Shown here: one piece after another, positions 13,024 to 27,500 of the stretch | Layout of the letters: each line of letters starts with the position of its first letter | How positions within the stretch are numbered: the first letter of the stretch is position 1 | Source of the DNA: Styela clava | Taxonomy: Eukaryota | NCBI RefSeq assembly: GCF_964204865.1 | Contig: NC_135263.1 | Coordinates: 13,454,001-13,518,000, forward strand | Reading direction: 5' to 3' | DNA: 64,000 bases | Made by a program: the position numbers and the translations under genes | Notes under the pieces: generated by a model | What the model saw: only the letters and a program-made list of their open reading frames with translations | Told to the model about the DNA's origin: nothing | The model's database searches: none

Positions 13024-13200
13024 ATGCAGTGGCGTCACAAGCACAACTACTTAATTTTTGTGCGATATAATCATGAACATGATATCGAAACTGAATTTTT
13101 GTTTAGCACTCCATTAAAAACTACGGCAAAAAGGGCAGATGTAATGGAAAAAATATCAAAGTTTTTTGATACGGAAGGCCTCAATTTAGATAAGTCTTTG
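13024..13200 (+). pseudogene. hAT (Buster/Charlie; ZBED5/ZBED8/FAM200-like) transposase fragment
   Basis: IFVRYNHEHDIETEFLFSTPLKTTAKRADVMEKISKFFDTEGL resembles the Buster-type block FVRY...EEFLF..L..TT...D.F.....FF. It is short and frameshifted upstream. Confidence 0.65.
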
Positions 13201-13329
13201 TCGTATTTTCGTTGTTCAGACATTTCGCTGTAATAGAATAGAATGAATGTGAAACTTTAAAGTACCGGTAGTCTGACGAGATCGCTGAAATGCGGTCACG
13301 GAACTACGCACGTTGCGAGTTTTTTAATT

Positions 13330-13510
13330 TTGAAGATGTCATCACACAGAAATTTAAAGTGAAAAACGAATTCCATAGAGCACAGCACACTTTTTAAATA
13401 AGTAAAAGTAATAGCCTTCTAGCGACAATAACAATCTTTAACCACTGAAAATTCTGAAGAATTTGATCATGTAGTTAAAAACAGAAAAGCGATTTTTTTC
13501 TCAACAAGAA
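13330..13510. mobile_element. Partial copy of the Helentron-type family core
   Basis: aaagtaatagccttct...atctttaaccactgaaaatt...aaaagcgattttt is shared with 3260-3350 and 3715-3810. Confidence 0.55.
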
Positions 13511-15589
13511 AGAAATATCAAGATGTAGCTCAATGTTTTCATGAATACATTGGTATTTCAGAGGTTTTATTTTTAGGCAACGTCAACTGCAATATTGATC
13601 ATTATAGCTATCAGCTTGAATATATGCAAAAAATGCTGACACATCTTGTTCATTTGCAACTGAACATCGCGAATGCAAATTAACAATTTTGTGTCTGCCG
13701 TTTGGTTTGTAGGCATTTAACAGGAAACGAGCAGTCCGATAGATGTTAGTTAAATATTATGACGCCTGAAGCATAATTTTGAAGGTTACAAATTACAATA
13801 TTTGCTATATATACATTTTATTACATTAAATATCATATAAACATTTCATTACAAGTATGACATAACCTAATGTCATGTCAAAGTACTTGTTTAGCTAAAG
13901 CTTTTATCAGATTGAATGAAATTGAATGTATTGTAATTCAGGTCTCTGCGTTTTATAATCGGAGATGGTAAGAAAAAGTATACTTTAATTATTGGTTGTC
14001 GGTTGTCAAAATTGACTTTTTAACAACGAATTTGTTTATAACCAATTGTCTATTTTACAACGACCGATTTTGGGACAAAACTGGGACTGGTCTAAAAACG
14101 TGAGTCTGAAAAATATCTATTCAAAGGTTTTCTAATAGGCCTAACAGCTAAACTAAAAAATATGTGTTCTGTAAAAATATGTGTTGCGATCAAACGTGTC
14201 TGATCTGTTGGCGCGGTCGAATTGCATTTTTTATAAAGTTTTTTGTTCGTTGCACATCCGGTCGTGATCAAGGGTTTTGGAATTCATTCTCAGTTTATGT
14301 CGTGTGAACATATAAATTGGCAGCATCGAAAAAATATTGATTCTGCTGTACTCGGAATATGGAATGCGAGATCATGTAGTATATTATTCACAAAATGAAA
14401 TTACACTCGAGCAAATAGCATTTGCGAAATGCGCGTTTGAGAGAAGCAGTGTTTTGAAATGGAAAGTGTTTTACTTTCTATCATAAAATCAAGCAGATGA
14501 CAGTTCACGATAGAACTTACAGAACGTCCAATACTACTAAATTCATGACTATTTTAGTTCTATGTAGATATGTTGAGGGTTTTCAGTGTCAAGATCTGCA
14601 TTCATGTTATAGCGAGGTGCTTTCTAGCCCAACCAGGGAGATTTCCCTACCCCAGTTAGAAACTTGATTGTTTTTGGGGAGAAAATTTAAATTTGTGTTT
14701 GCGTATGTATAGTATTGTGATACATATTTATTCCTTACCATACCAACTATTCAAATGATACAAAAGCCAGAAGGCAGGTCGCACGTATCGCAAGCAAATG
14801 AGAGCAAAGAAAGAATTTTTATACGTACTGGGGGACGAATTAGAAGCTCAAAATTGGTATGAGTTTTATATTTATGAATATTTAGATAATAGATAACCTT
14901 ACAGTTTTATTGTCTGTTAAAAACCACATATGCAGCTGTAAACGAAATGCATTGCATGAGATAAGATTTATTTTTCAACACTTTTCATATGATTGTAAAT
15001 ATGACTAAGCTTATTTTCATATCGGAGTATATCTAATATTAATACCCATGTAACAGTAAGCTATAACTAAAGGATTTCATGCGGGAAGCGAAATAAATCT
15101 ACTACCAAGATTATATATTTGTGAAATATCTCATGAAACTAGCAATTTGCATTTATATAGATTTTCAGTCAACAGTCATTCAATTAAGAGTGCAATCCGT
15201 ACGATGATGGCCATAATCTGCGATTGCGAACCGGTATAATGAGCGTAACATTTTGGCGGCTGTAATAAATTGGCAAGGGTTTTTACGTAGCGGAAATAAT
15301 CCAATGTATTTGGTTTACGTCTTTCGCGTGTTTGACAGAATACTCGACATTTAAAGTGTAGAAATGTTTTGCCATTTGCATAACATATGAGGTTAAACAA
15401 ATCTTTGGAAATCGACAGAGCATATTTCAATTATAATTTAGTGTGCGAGAAGATGCAGCATATCTTCTAATTTTCAGTGACGGCAATAGTTTTTATTTTT
15501 ATCTTTTGCCAATAGAAAGTAATATATTCGTAGCTTAAATGGTATGGAATACGAGTTTTTTGTGACTTTCAATATTGACACAAAGTAAG

Positions 15590-18500
15590 ATGGCATCGGG
15601 ACATGATCGTGAACCTATGGACGTTACATTCAGTGAAGGGAATTTGTACGATCAAAGTAAGTAGCAGTTTTATCTTCTGATGTCGAGGAAACATAGTTAG
15701 CATAATGGAATTCTAATGAGTTAATTTCCATCTCTCTTTAGAGGTCTGTTTTTCGTAATGATAAAGCTGCAGGCAATGATGTACGGTACCTAGCAAAAAA
15801 ATGCTGTTATTATATCGTTTATGCCTGATTTATAGAGCTTAGTTTTAACCTTTTATAAGGCATAAACATGTTTCCTGACCTTTTGAGTGCAATGGAATGT
15901 TTGCCTAATTAGATCAAACTTTGTGGGCTCATTTGAATGAAATTAGTCGCAGTTATTTATTGTATTGTAAGTACATTCCAAAAAAGCTCTTTCAGAAATA
16001 TAAAACTTGATTTTAGTACATGAAATCGACGAAAAAATTCTTGAGGCTTATTGTGAAGTAGTAAATGGACATATCCATCCGTATGAGCAAGATCTTGTGT
16101 TACCCTGTAGCCTGGTTAATAGAGTTGCGGTTGATTTTCCACCTTCTTATATTTTGTTTTCATTTTATGAATGCAGTATTGACACCCATTCATCCTCCCA
16201 AATATCTTTCTGTGTGCAAGTGTGATCAATGATACTCTGGTTGTGAACCACTGGCATATACCCTTAGTAGTTTCCAATGCAATATTTTTCATGAAAGACA
16301 CGTAAATCATACACTTATGCATATTTTTTTTTTGTGTGAAATCTCAGATTCCGATCGTAAACGATTCAAACCTCTTCGAGCGATCAGAAGAATGTTTCGA
16401 GGAAAGAAGAAATCGAAAGAATTTAGTAAATCTACTGGATCATTATACACGGCGGCTGATGAACAAGATGGGTACGTGTTAACGAAGATACGTAATTTTC
16501 CCAGAATCATCATATCATAATCAATAATTATATGTAAATGAACTCATTTTTTCAATTTTGTCATTCGAAACCACTGAGATAAGCTGAAAACAACAGAATG
16601 ATTTAAAAAAGAATGTGGATTGTTCCATTTGCATGTCACAATATATTACCCTAGCCATCATGTTGAATGAGTCTCTTCGATGGAATCTGGCAACAGCTCC
16701 CAATTTACGACATCTATGACGTCAAATACGTCACGTGTCACGGACGTTTGTTTGTTTACTACAATTAATACATGTTTGGCAAAAAGAGATTGCCCAACGA
16801 TCGTAAAAAGCATTATTTATGTCCGTGGAACATTCGTTTTGTTTACCATACACCTAGGTAGTCAAAATATTTTTGTCAAACAACGACATAGGTGCAGTTT
16901 TGGCGTATTATGTCGATGATCTATAAATGCCAGTTGAAGTTTCGTTTTTTCTAACCAAACTATACACTGTAGATAATCGAGGACGTCAAGGGTGACTCTA
17001 CTTAGCCTCAATTTCAATTCTGTTCGCGACCCTATAATTAGGTCACGTGTACTTTTGCGGCTGATCTTAATCTTCCCAAACGGTTTTAAATTTTGTCTAT
17101 GAGTGAACTTTTGACCTTTGTGTCTAGCCACGTGTTACATATTTGATTAAGGTTGGGCCAAGAATAAGTGTTACCATATCGTGTAGATTACTTTTTCCCC
17201 ATGCTTTGCATAGCGTAATTTTGTCTTTTCGGCGTATTTAAATTTTTCATGTTTATACAGGTTACGACCTAACGCGTCGTTTGCGCGTAGCTTCTCGCAC
17301 GAGAGTGTTTTTGCACCGGAAGGTAACATCCATGGACCGGAAGACAGGTCGCTAAGGCACGCATTATCTGCAGACAACGTTGGCATGGTCACGGTACCGA
17401 TCAATCGATTGAAAGTATGTGCATTTATCTTCATTTGAATATTATGATATTTTATTTAGTGACCTTCCTCTTTCTAATGATTGGTCAGCTTTGATATAGA
17501 TCCAAGAGAAAACACATCATATAGAATATCATAATACACCAAAGTATAACTACAGAATATCGTATGGATAAATTGAAGCATTTGTAATATATTTTTGTAG
17601 GTTTAAGACTCATAAATAAGCGGGTTATATGTCCCCCTAATTACATTCAAAAGAGGAGGCCAATGGAATGCAGATCAGGCCATATCCATATTTCGCAGTT
17701 AATGTTTATATGGGATAGCTTGTAGATTTATTTTTTTTCGTGACGTTCATAAAGTTAAGTGACATTTTTAGTACAGCTGGGAAAATTATTCATTTTCAAA
17801 AGCAGATTTCAGAATCATGATTCATTTATGGAACAACATAGAATAGAAAAATACGTAATTGTGTCTCATTCTAATATCAACTATCGAGCATAACAATGTA
17901 TGTTATTAGTACGATATTTGGTAGTTTTGCGTTATATATAAATGAAAATTTTTTCAAATATGGCGGAAACTTATTCGAGAAAAATACTCCTGACGATGAA
18001 AATTTGATCTGCCAGTATTTTTTTGAAATCGAATTTGATATTTCACTAAATAACCTGACACAATTTTAAAATACCTTTGGATACAAAACACAGCTGTTTG
18101 CGATTGAACAAATATGGAAATAGCAAGTAATCTCATTAGCAAACATGAACGACCAATCGAGAAACTTGTTTCAGCCAACGCTGCCATATAACAATGATGA
18201 CTGTGCGTTAAAATGTGATGTCGTAAATTGTAATGTCTCCCTATAACTGAAATTCAGTAAACAATTTTATTAATTTTCCTAATAAGGGGTGCAATCCGTG
18301 TTTGTCAGTAGCCAATCACTCATAAAATAAAACATAAAAAGCATGTATGGTAACGGAACAATCCATTTAGTTTCAATTTAAAATTTATTTGTAACCCGCG
18401 AATGAAAATAAATTTGACGACGAGAATATTTTTGTCAAAAGTGAAAACTTTAATTCAACATATTTACTTATCATCCGTGGTTACGTTATGAATTTATGTA

Positions 18501-21500
18501 AAAGGGCAGGGTTTATAACGGGTTTGTGCTAGATCACATATATATATGTACTTTTTTCGCGCAAATATTTTCTCATAAAGTTGCTATTTACTTTTGGCGC
18601 ATTGTAACAGGGGTGTTATTCGCCCTTTGTTCCTACCAGTTCAACGCAGTGATTACGATGTTGTCATTTCCATTTTGAATGGAATTCAGTTTGACTTGAG
18701 ATTTAAATTCACGCACGAAAGAATATTTAATAGAAATTAAACCCGTTGCCAGCTATTTTAAAGTTTTTTCCAAACTTCGGGTCAATACGTGAAATCTCAG
18801 ATTTCGATGACGCAGAGGTGTCGTAGACTGGCATTTTAATTTTTCATTCTTCTGTGAAGTTTTAGATACTTCTTTAAAATGTTACTTCATTCATTTATAA
18901 TTTCAATATTATAAATGATGTAGCCTGTAATGTCTGACGAGTAGTAATATTTTGCTCATTAATACATGTTCCCGTGAAGGTTCCGTTAATGGGAATTTAC
19001 GCGGTATCGATAAAGTATTTTTTATTGTAAATCATGACATAACAATTCTTAAAAATCATCGCCATAACCATGAATTACTACAGACGACCACGAAAAACTT
19101 TCCTTAGTGACCTTTCGATTGTTAACTGGCTTCTAGTGACGTCATTAAAATAGTTCATTTGCGATGATGTATGATTAGTCATTTAAAGCAATAATTACCT
19201 TCGATTTTTATGCATCCAGTAGATCTTTGTGCATGATGTTTTGAAACTTCTAAGCACCACCTTAATAAATGGAACTATTTCTCAATTCTTTTCATGTTAA
19301 TTTATGTTGCGACACATCACATTTACGCCATAAAGAGTTTATCGATAACTTATTTGAAATTTTCGCAAACAAAATATTCTTTCGAGTTTACACTAGTCAA
19401 AGATTGGCCGTGTGATAATAGCCGGGTAATTTATTTGTTCATGTATGATTGGCGTTGAGTTATTTCATTATTGCTACATTAAACATTTGACTCCCGTAAC
19501 CCGACAAAAATGTTAAACATTCGTTTGTTATCCTTCATGACGACAGAGAGTGTTCGATTATACACAACCGAACAATAACTGGTTGTATAGAGTTCTGTTT
19601 GGAGTAAATGTCGAATACAAAATCACTAATTACAAATTCAGTTGCTTTTATCGTCAATTAAACAAAGACTTCAAATTCATTTTTGAATAATATCGTCGAT
19701 TTATGCACATACAGAAATTGGAAGAAACGAAAATTATACTCGGGTATTCAGAAACAAAAAAAACTAGCAGCATTTTCATTGCCTCATTTAAATTCGATTA
19801 TAAACTACTTAATATTGTCCACAGACACAACATTGTCTAAAACGAGGTGAAGTCACTCGTGATCGTGAATGTCTACAGCTTTATCGCTAGATGGCGATAT
19901 TAAGAACACAGCCAAAAACTTTTTAAAACGCTACACGATTCTCCGGCCTATTAGCTGGAGAATGGTACTTTTCAACGGACGTACCTTGCGCTGCTCTGTT
20001 ATCAAATGTATTTTTAACACTATTTCCAACAGTTGCTGAAAATTTGCCTGCGCACCGCTTTACAGAAATATCTATATATATATACGCGTATAGCTTAAAG
20101 TGCGGAAAAACTGAACATTGTTAGCCCGTTGATAGCTTGCTTTTGTAAATTCTTGTTTGACACGAGTGTGTTAAGTTAAGATAACACAACAGGAGACTCC
20201 CGGCGTCACCCTATCACATAATTTTGCCTTTGTCGGAACGAATAGAGTTGAAACCCAATATCCAATAGATATAATATATATACATAATATTCTTTGCCGT
20301 ATATGGCCACGTCTACGTAAAGATATGTAAATTTACATCTGATTTAAAAGGAAAGATTTACCTAACAACTGTACATACATATATATATATATATCAAAAA
20401 TGTTTCAGTATTATAAAAATGCTAACATACTAATAAGCCATATTAAACACAAAAGCCCAGTCATGCCAAGAATTTCCGACAGGTAACTGTGTCCAAATAT
20501 GGCGCATGGTCTTGTGTATCCTACGTCACAGGTCGTGAGCAAATTGATTTCGATTATGACGTAATCGACCCATATAGGCAAAATATTCGAAATCAATACA
20601 GATGATATGATTATCACAATGGACACTTAATGATTTTATTATTATGGGAATTTAACATTTAGACTGTACATGACTCCAACGAACAGGAAGAATATAAAGG
20701 CAAATAGCGTAAACCGTAATGTCTAAACAATTAAGTATGTAAGAACGGTAATTTTAAAACACTAGAACCCTACGTAATATACAGAACTGTGAAGTTAGCC
20801 TAGTTAGTAATTTTGATACAAGCTCGGGAAGTGCCAGGTGCTGAAAATAGTGAACAGAATTTTTAAAGTAAAGATAAAAGAAAAATTTTGAGCACCTGTA
20901 TGTGTAAAAACAGAATATGGTACAAGAATAATTAATATTTGATTTGTTTAATAAATTTTTTGAACAAGTATATTTTATTTATATCATACAAAATTTTTTT
21001 AAAAAAAATTTGATATCACATAAAATTCAACTACTCGATGCATTTATTATACATACATAATCGAAAGTTTCCAAAATTAACTGGAGTGTGCACTCACATC
21101 CAGCACATATGTCACATCCAAAGTCATAGGAGTGGATAAGAAACCAATAACGAATAGCGATGAAGTATCATTGTTGGATATTGAGACAACGTTATCCTAT
21201 CTCATACAAGATAATAAAATCAATATCACGAGCACTCATATGAAATTCAGCAAACTGAAGTTAGGAAGCTTACCAGCCACTGCAGACGCGCTAAATGCTA
21301 CCTAAAGCTTTTTTTTCGATACGTGTTTTACAATTTCGTCTTGAACAAACTAGAAGTTGGTCGTGTAGACAGTGGTATATATAAAGCCTCTAAGATTTGG
21401 AATGGCTGGAATTGGCCCGTTTCGAAAAAACCTGCCCATCGTTTCACACTTTGGTCAATTGTTCTGGTGTGCTATAGTGGCGGTTAGAAAAGTGGATGTG

Positions 21501-24500
21501 ATGTGTTCGTCAAGAAGTTTTGAAACGAGCATTATCCGGCGACACTGGTTTGATTGCGCGTCTACATATGCAGATCGTATCGGTTGATAATATCGGAAAT
21601 GAAAGCGATTTACTCAAATTATTAGATTTTTATGACGTGTCCGGATCCGTACAATTTTATGTGCATTTTTTGGTATTATCGTAACTTGCGAATGAATGGT
21701 GGGTACCATAAAAAGTGTGGCATTCGTGTGTATTTATTTAAATCTGGTTTGCCTGGTGCCTATATATTGATACATATTATTAAGTAATAATCTTTAAATT
21801 AGAAATAAATAACAAAAAAGGGCAAAAGTTGACGCCGGGTCACCTGCAAAGACCTGTCTGGAAAAATTTTAATCACATTTTCACTTTGTTACTCTATGAA
21901 TGGCCCACGATAGATCAAGAATGACTCGGCACACATGTTCTAACCACAGCACGACCGTTTGCTATTTTGATTGATGTCGTGACAAATATGGCTGGTTATA
22001 TTTTATAAATGTTTCAAACGCATTTGATTGTCCGGAAATGATGCAGTTTCGAAATTTTTCATAAAATCATCGTTGTCGTAAGACCGGGTTTCATGTCAAT
22101 TCTATATAAACTTCGACCACTTTATGTTTTATGGTGTTTTTCTAACTAACTATAGGCATATCTGCAGTTTTTTCCATCATTGGTATAGATAGGCAATCAC
22201 AGAATTCTAGATTTGAACAAATACAAGTATAAAAAATAACGAAAACTACAATCGTTATTAGATCTAACATATAATATTTCTAACGCAATATGATTATACA
22301 TTTTATTTCACTCTATAAATTAACACACATAGCTCAAATCACATTCCGAAGTTGGATTTTCCTGTATTTGAATACCCTTAGCAAAAATATTCACGGATAA
22401 GAATTAGTCATTGGTACAAATCTTTGTCTTGACGGGAACCATACACGGATAAATCATCCAACCATCTCTCTTTAACTGTTTTGTGATATTTCATTAGGTA
22501 TCCAAAATGGTGCGATAGTCAAATGTAATGCATAAAGTTTGACTTTTGTATATCACCTTCTAAATGGTGAGGCTAGGAATATATCTTTTGGCGTGACTTC
22601 TGGTCGCCGGACTTTATCAGATGCAAGAAAGTAATTTTGATATATTTGGACAGCTTCATATTTTAGCGTTTTGAATAATTTCCAAATGTTGTTTATAAAT
22701 ACGGGGAGTTTGTTATATTCTGGTATAAAAAGCACAGAACTTGAGTGTATTTTTTTGTAGTTTTCGCACTAACAGCTGTACGCCCGTTTGGCCTATTCAG
22801 TAAGTGACGTTTGAGTGTCATGTAGAGGTAAAGTGGCCTAAAAGTATTGTATTGCTAACGCAAACTGTTATGATAGTCCAAACATGACAAAATAATGAAG
22901 TATATTTGTACCAGGCTTGAATGATACATAAGTATTCAATTTGTGAACTTCAAAGTTACAAACAACGACACATTTAAATGATTTGTTGTTTATTACGTCG
23001 CCTGAACTAAAATAATATCATACAGGGCTTTAAATCATCTGTTTAATGTTACAATGCCGTAATGCTGACATCGCTCTGAGATTACTCCTGCGAAATGATT
23101 AAATTGCTGAGATAATTGAAGTTTTTAGGGAGTATTCTTGTAAAAAACAAGTAATACCGTTATCAGTGTCATAAAAAACGTCCTGTTAGAATTGTTTATT
23201 GTTCTCGGTATAGTATTAGCTGCTAGGTCTAAGGATGTTTACTTCATAGACCTAGGCTTTCTTCTTCGATTGTGTAGAAATGGTGACGTGTTTATGAACG
23301 ATTAGGAGCACTGGAATGATAGTTCAGCACACAACCGATATTGCGCCTAAAATATGTAATATTACTCGATTCGTATGGGTACGAGAATTTTGACACCTAA
23401 TGTAGGATTCATGTAGTGCATTAGGGGCTAGCCACATTTGCGACCAGTGTATGGCTTTCAACGGATTCAAAATTAAAAAAAATAGATTGAAACCATTAAA
23501 AAATGGAGTCAAAACCAGGTATCTACCTAATCGTCGACACGCTGAGCCAACGACCTGCTCAAATTCTGTTTTGGATTAAATCCAAATTGTTTTACAGATG
23601 TTGAGATAAGAAAGTCATTGATAATGTTTGCGGCAATTTTAGATTTGAGCATTTACAACCACAAGTTTTAGGGATAAAATTACTATTATAACCAACTCGA
23701 AAAGCAATTTTACACCGCTCCAGGGAATTTTTAACGCCAAACTGAGACCAATAACGATATCGGCATGCTGCGTTTTTGTAACTTCGCAACAACATTCAAT
23801 AATTCATATACGGTTGATTATGTCATTCGGCTGAATCAAGCAAGGCACATTAAAAAAACACTCTTTCAAAGCGTGATTTAAAAATGTGTCATGCATGATT
23901 TTGTGTGGTGTCTTAATAAGGTATGAAATGATATTTTGAAACACACAACAACGTGAGAATGGATGTTTATTTATGACTTCCAAACACCGTGTATTGATTA
24001 CGAGAGGAAGATAATGCAAAGATTGTAAATTTAGACAATTGCTGGAGGTTGAGAGAAGAGAGAACAGGCGACGTTATCAGGAAGGCTTGTCAGAAGAATA
24101 TAAAATTTATATCACATATATTCACATCACCGCGACAATTGATAGATAGATTTTATTGAAAATGAGGCGTAGTTATACATCAGAAAAATTCCTGCTTCTA
24201 TTTGTGTTTCTCTTTATATTTTCTATCTTGATCAAAAGCCAATTTTCAATAAATAGACTAAACTAAAAAAGAGCAGAAAAATAATACGTTCTTTTGACAC
24301 CAAACTGAAAATTTATATCAAGCTCCCGTTAGACCATATTTTCAGATCTGAATTGTAAGCGGTACAGGTGTTTAGGCAAGTAGATGCAAAAATCGAAATA
24401 TTTGACGTTAATCATGTAATTATATAATGATAAGACGTCCTAGTTTAACTTGACGATAACAGTTATACATGCGAGGAACGCCTTGAACATAAAGACTACA

Positions 24501-27500
24501 TCGCGGGCGCTCTCTGCTTGATGCGTATTTGTCTTTTCGCTTTCCGTGTCAAACAAATATTACACCCCTTTGTCATGTACACGGATAAGCAAAATACCGA
24601 TACTTATTCATTTAGTTACTAGTTCGTCTTCATCAAATACTGAAACAATTTTTAACTAATTGTTATTCAGATAATGCAATTATGGCCTATATGAAGAAGA
24701 CTGTTATTTTTCATATGCATAGCCAGATGCGAGCCATCGATTTTCCATGTCCAACTCGCAATAGAAAATTTCTGACAGGAATGAGAGAATTCTATGTGCT
24801 AAAATCATCTCGTAAATACTTTTCGAGTCACGCTTAATTTCACGCTGGGGCAATTAAATTGGATGTTAAATTCAATTTTCAATTTTAAGGATAATCAGGT
24901 TTAAACATATTAAAATGCCAATAAAACATATTCAGAATAGATAATCGAATTCATATATGTTTACAGCTTTAGAGCAGAAAAATATCAGAAGTATTTTTTG
25001 TATAAGATGCAAATTTATACGCTGTTCGTTCAATACAATGTTCTTTCACGAGGATTATATTAGACAATCGTTTGATAGGTTTTTCGAGTATAGCTTCAAG
25101 TCGGGCCAGATTTTTACACCAGAAATTGAGATTGGTCTGTCTAAGGCTTGAGTATTAGAATGAGAACTATTTTTCGTTCAGAGTATTGTTTTAATTAGAT
25201 ACATCCAACTTGGGCAAAGAATAAAACTTTTATTCACTTCGGCCCTCCGCACTTAGGCCAGTACCACGGGATACATGGTAACTTTACCTAATACTTGACT
25301 TTTACGTTGACGGCCAGTTACAACAGCCAGGCCGTCGAAAGAATTAACGTTGTTGTGGCTTGAGTGCGGTTGCTTGCAACCATTTCTCAAGAGAGTAATC
25401 TCGGGCTGTGCTCTTGGGGACCAACAAAGTCTAGTGAGTCAGTTACAACGTAATTTCAGACAAATAAGCGATCCCATAGGAAAGATGTCTGTAGGTAGGT
25501 GAAGTGATTCAGTTATAGATTGTGACATTAGTTGAAATTGTAGTAGAAAATGTTACCGTAAGAAAGAGTCCCGAAACCTATAAAACATAGTATGAAGTAG
25601 CCTACAATAAACCGAACTAGAATATTTTCGCCAAGCTCGCAGTTGTCTTGTCCTGTAAATAGAAATATGTTCTATACGCGAAGATGCTATTATTAAACTT
25701 TGTGGTTGCCGTTTTTAGTTTAACAATTGAAACTGTTTGTCAGAATTTGATCCCTGGCTAGTCACGTGTTGAGGATGGTATTCGTCGTTGCACTTAGCTC
25801 AATATTGAAGTGATAGAATGATTTTGTTGGTGTGAGAAACAATTTGAGACCTGAGCATATATGATTTGTGCCTTTGTGAATTATTAAATACCTTGAACAT
25901 GGGTAAGGGTTAATGAGTCACCCGTTGATGCAATAATTTTTTTTTCATTTCTTCGAGCAATGAGCTGTGGCAATGTTCGCTTTTGTATTACTGAGGTATA
26001 TGAAACAATAGTCAACGAATTTCTATCACACACTTGAATATTTCAAACTGATTAGAGTAAAAATTGTTTCCTAATGAAGTAAAATCTGTGGGTTAATTAT
26101 TGTAGCGAGTTCTAACATCCGTATATCCATATAGCGTATTGGAATCGAATATTAGCGCACATTCTTTAATTTACTATTAATATACAGGACATTAGTATGT
26201 ATATGAAAATGTAGAATATCATATTGTCATTCAAATATTGTTAATTGGTCGAATGATTGCGGGTGAATTGGTTGGCGATAGAAATCCCTTGATATAATCA
26301 TTAAAAAAACTCAAAGTACAAAAAGAATATGAAGTCAACATTCCAAACTTTCAAGAAAAAGATTTTGCCGAAGAATAATTCTAATTCAAAATCAGAAAAG
26401 GCAAAGCGGAAAATTATTCACCCGCATTTGGAGGAACAAAAGGAGAATCATGTTGCTGTTACTCCCGTTATTATTGTTGATCAAGAAATCGATAAAGATG
26501 AGCAATCAGGTAGCATAATTGCAAGTGACGCTTCCCCGGTAAAACCAAGATCAAAAACTTTCGCCTGGCCTGGAAAATCGAAGAAGAAGTATGAAATAAA
26601 AGATGATGAGACCAGTGAGGGAGAAAAGACAATGTCAGATGGCAATATAACGCCATCAGCTTCAGAGAATAGCAGCCTTGCAACTCCAACAAGAAGAAAA
26701 TCTAGAAGCCCTATTACGAGATTAGGAGGAATGATTCGGAAATCTATGTACGGAATGAGATTCTCTTCAATTGACGACAATCGTGAAAGCGTTGAAAAGA
26801 ATAGTGACCCTATCGCCCGACCCAAGTCTTTATACGTGCTAAACACCTCATCATCTACGTCGGTGCTTTCTATTGTCAGAAAAAGTTTACGCAGAAGATC
26901 AAGGCAAAGCGATGGAGACGTACCAATGCCTGTTGTGACAATTGAACCCTCACAGTGTGACGCCGATGCCACGCCAGAAAAACTGAGCGTTGACTTCACA
27001 CCAGAAAATCTTTTTTCAGATATAGAAAGCAAGGAAAGCCAGAAGTGCTCAAGCGAAGATATATCAAGTTCAGAGTCAAGCGTTGAACTTGAAACAAAGG
27101 TTATTTGTGTGGGTGCTTTTATTATAACAAGCAAAGCTAAATTAATATTTATCGAAGTAATTAGCATATCGCGCACTGAACTTGTAGTAAATAAAAATAT
27201 CTCATTTCGGTTTCGATAGGGAATTCCTTATAATATCGCATGAGCGAGTAGGCCTAAATGCTTTTTGAGAAACAATGTAATCCCGCTGGGGTTTTTAGTG
27301 AGATGCCAAAAATTCTTTGGCGATTGAATCAACTGGAATCCATGCGAGTTTCAGTTAGGCCAAATGTTTTCTTTTCGATCAATGACGAACAACCACTTCT
27401 TGCTGGCTTAAGATATTTTAACGCTTTGGAATCAAAAAACAATTAGCCATAATATGAAGGGAGCCCCAAACTGATTTCGAACCTCAGATTGCTTAATAAT

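Noticed and set aside
26481-27176. 231-aa antisense ORF, and similar antisense ORFs over 35173-37895 and 61093-63354
   Set aside because: These are shadows of real plus-strand coding exons with mirror-image composition.
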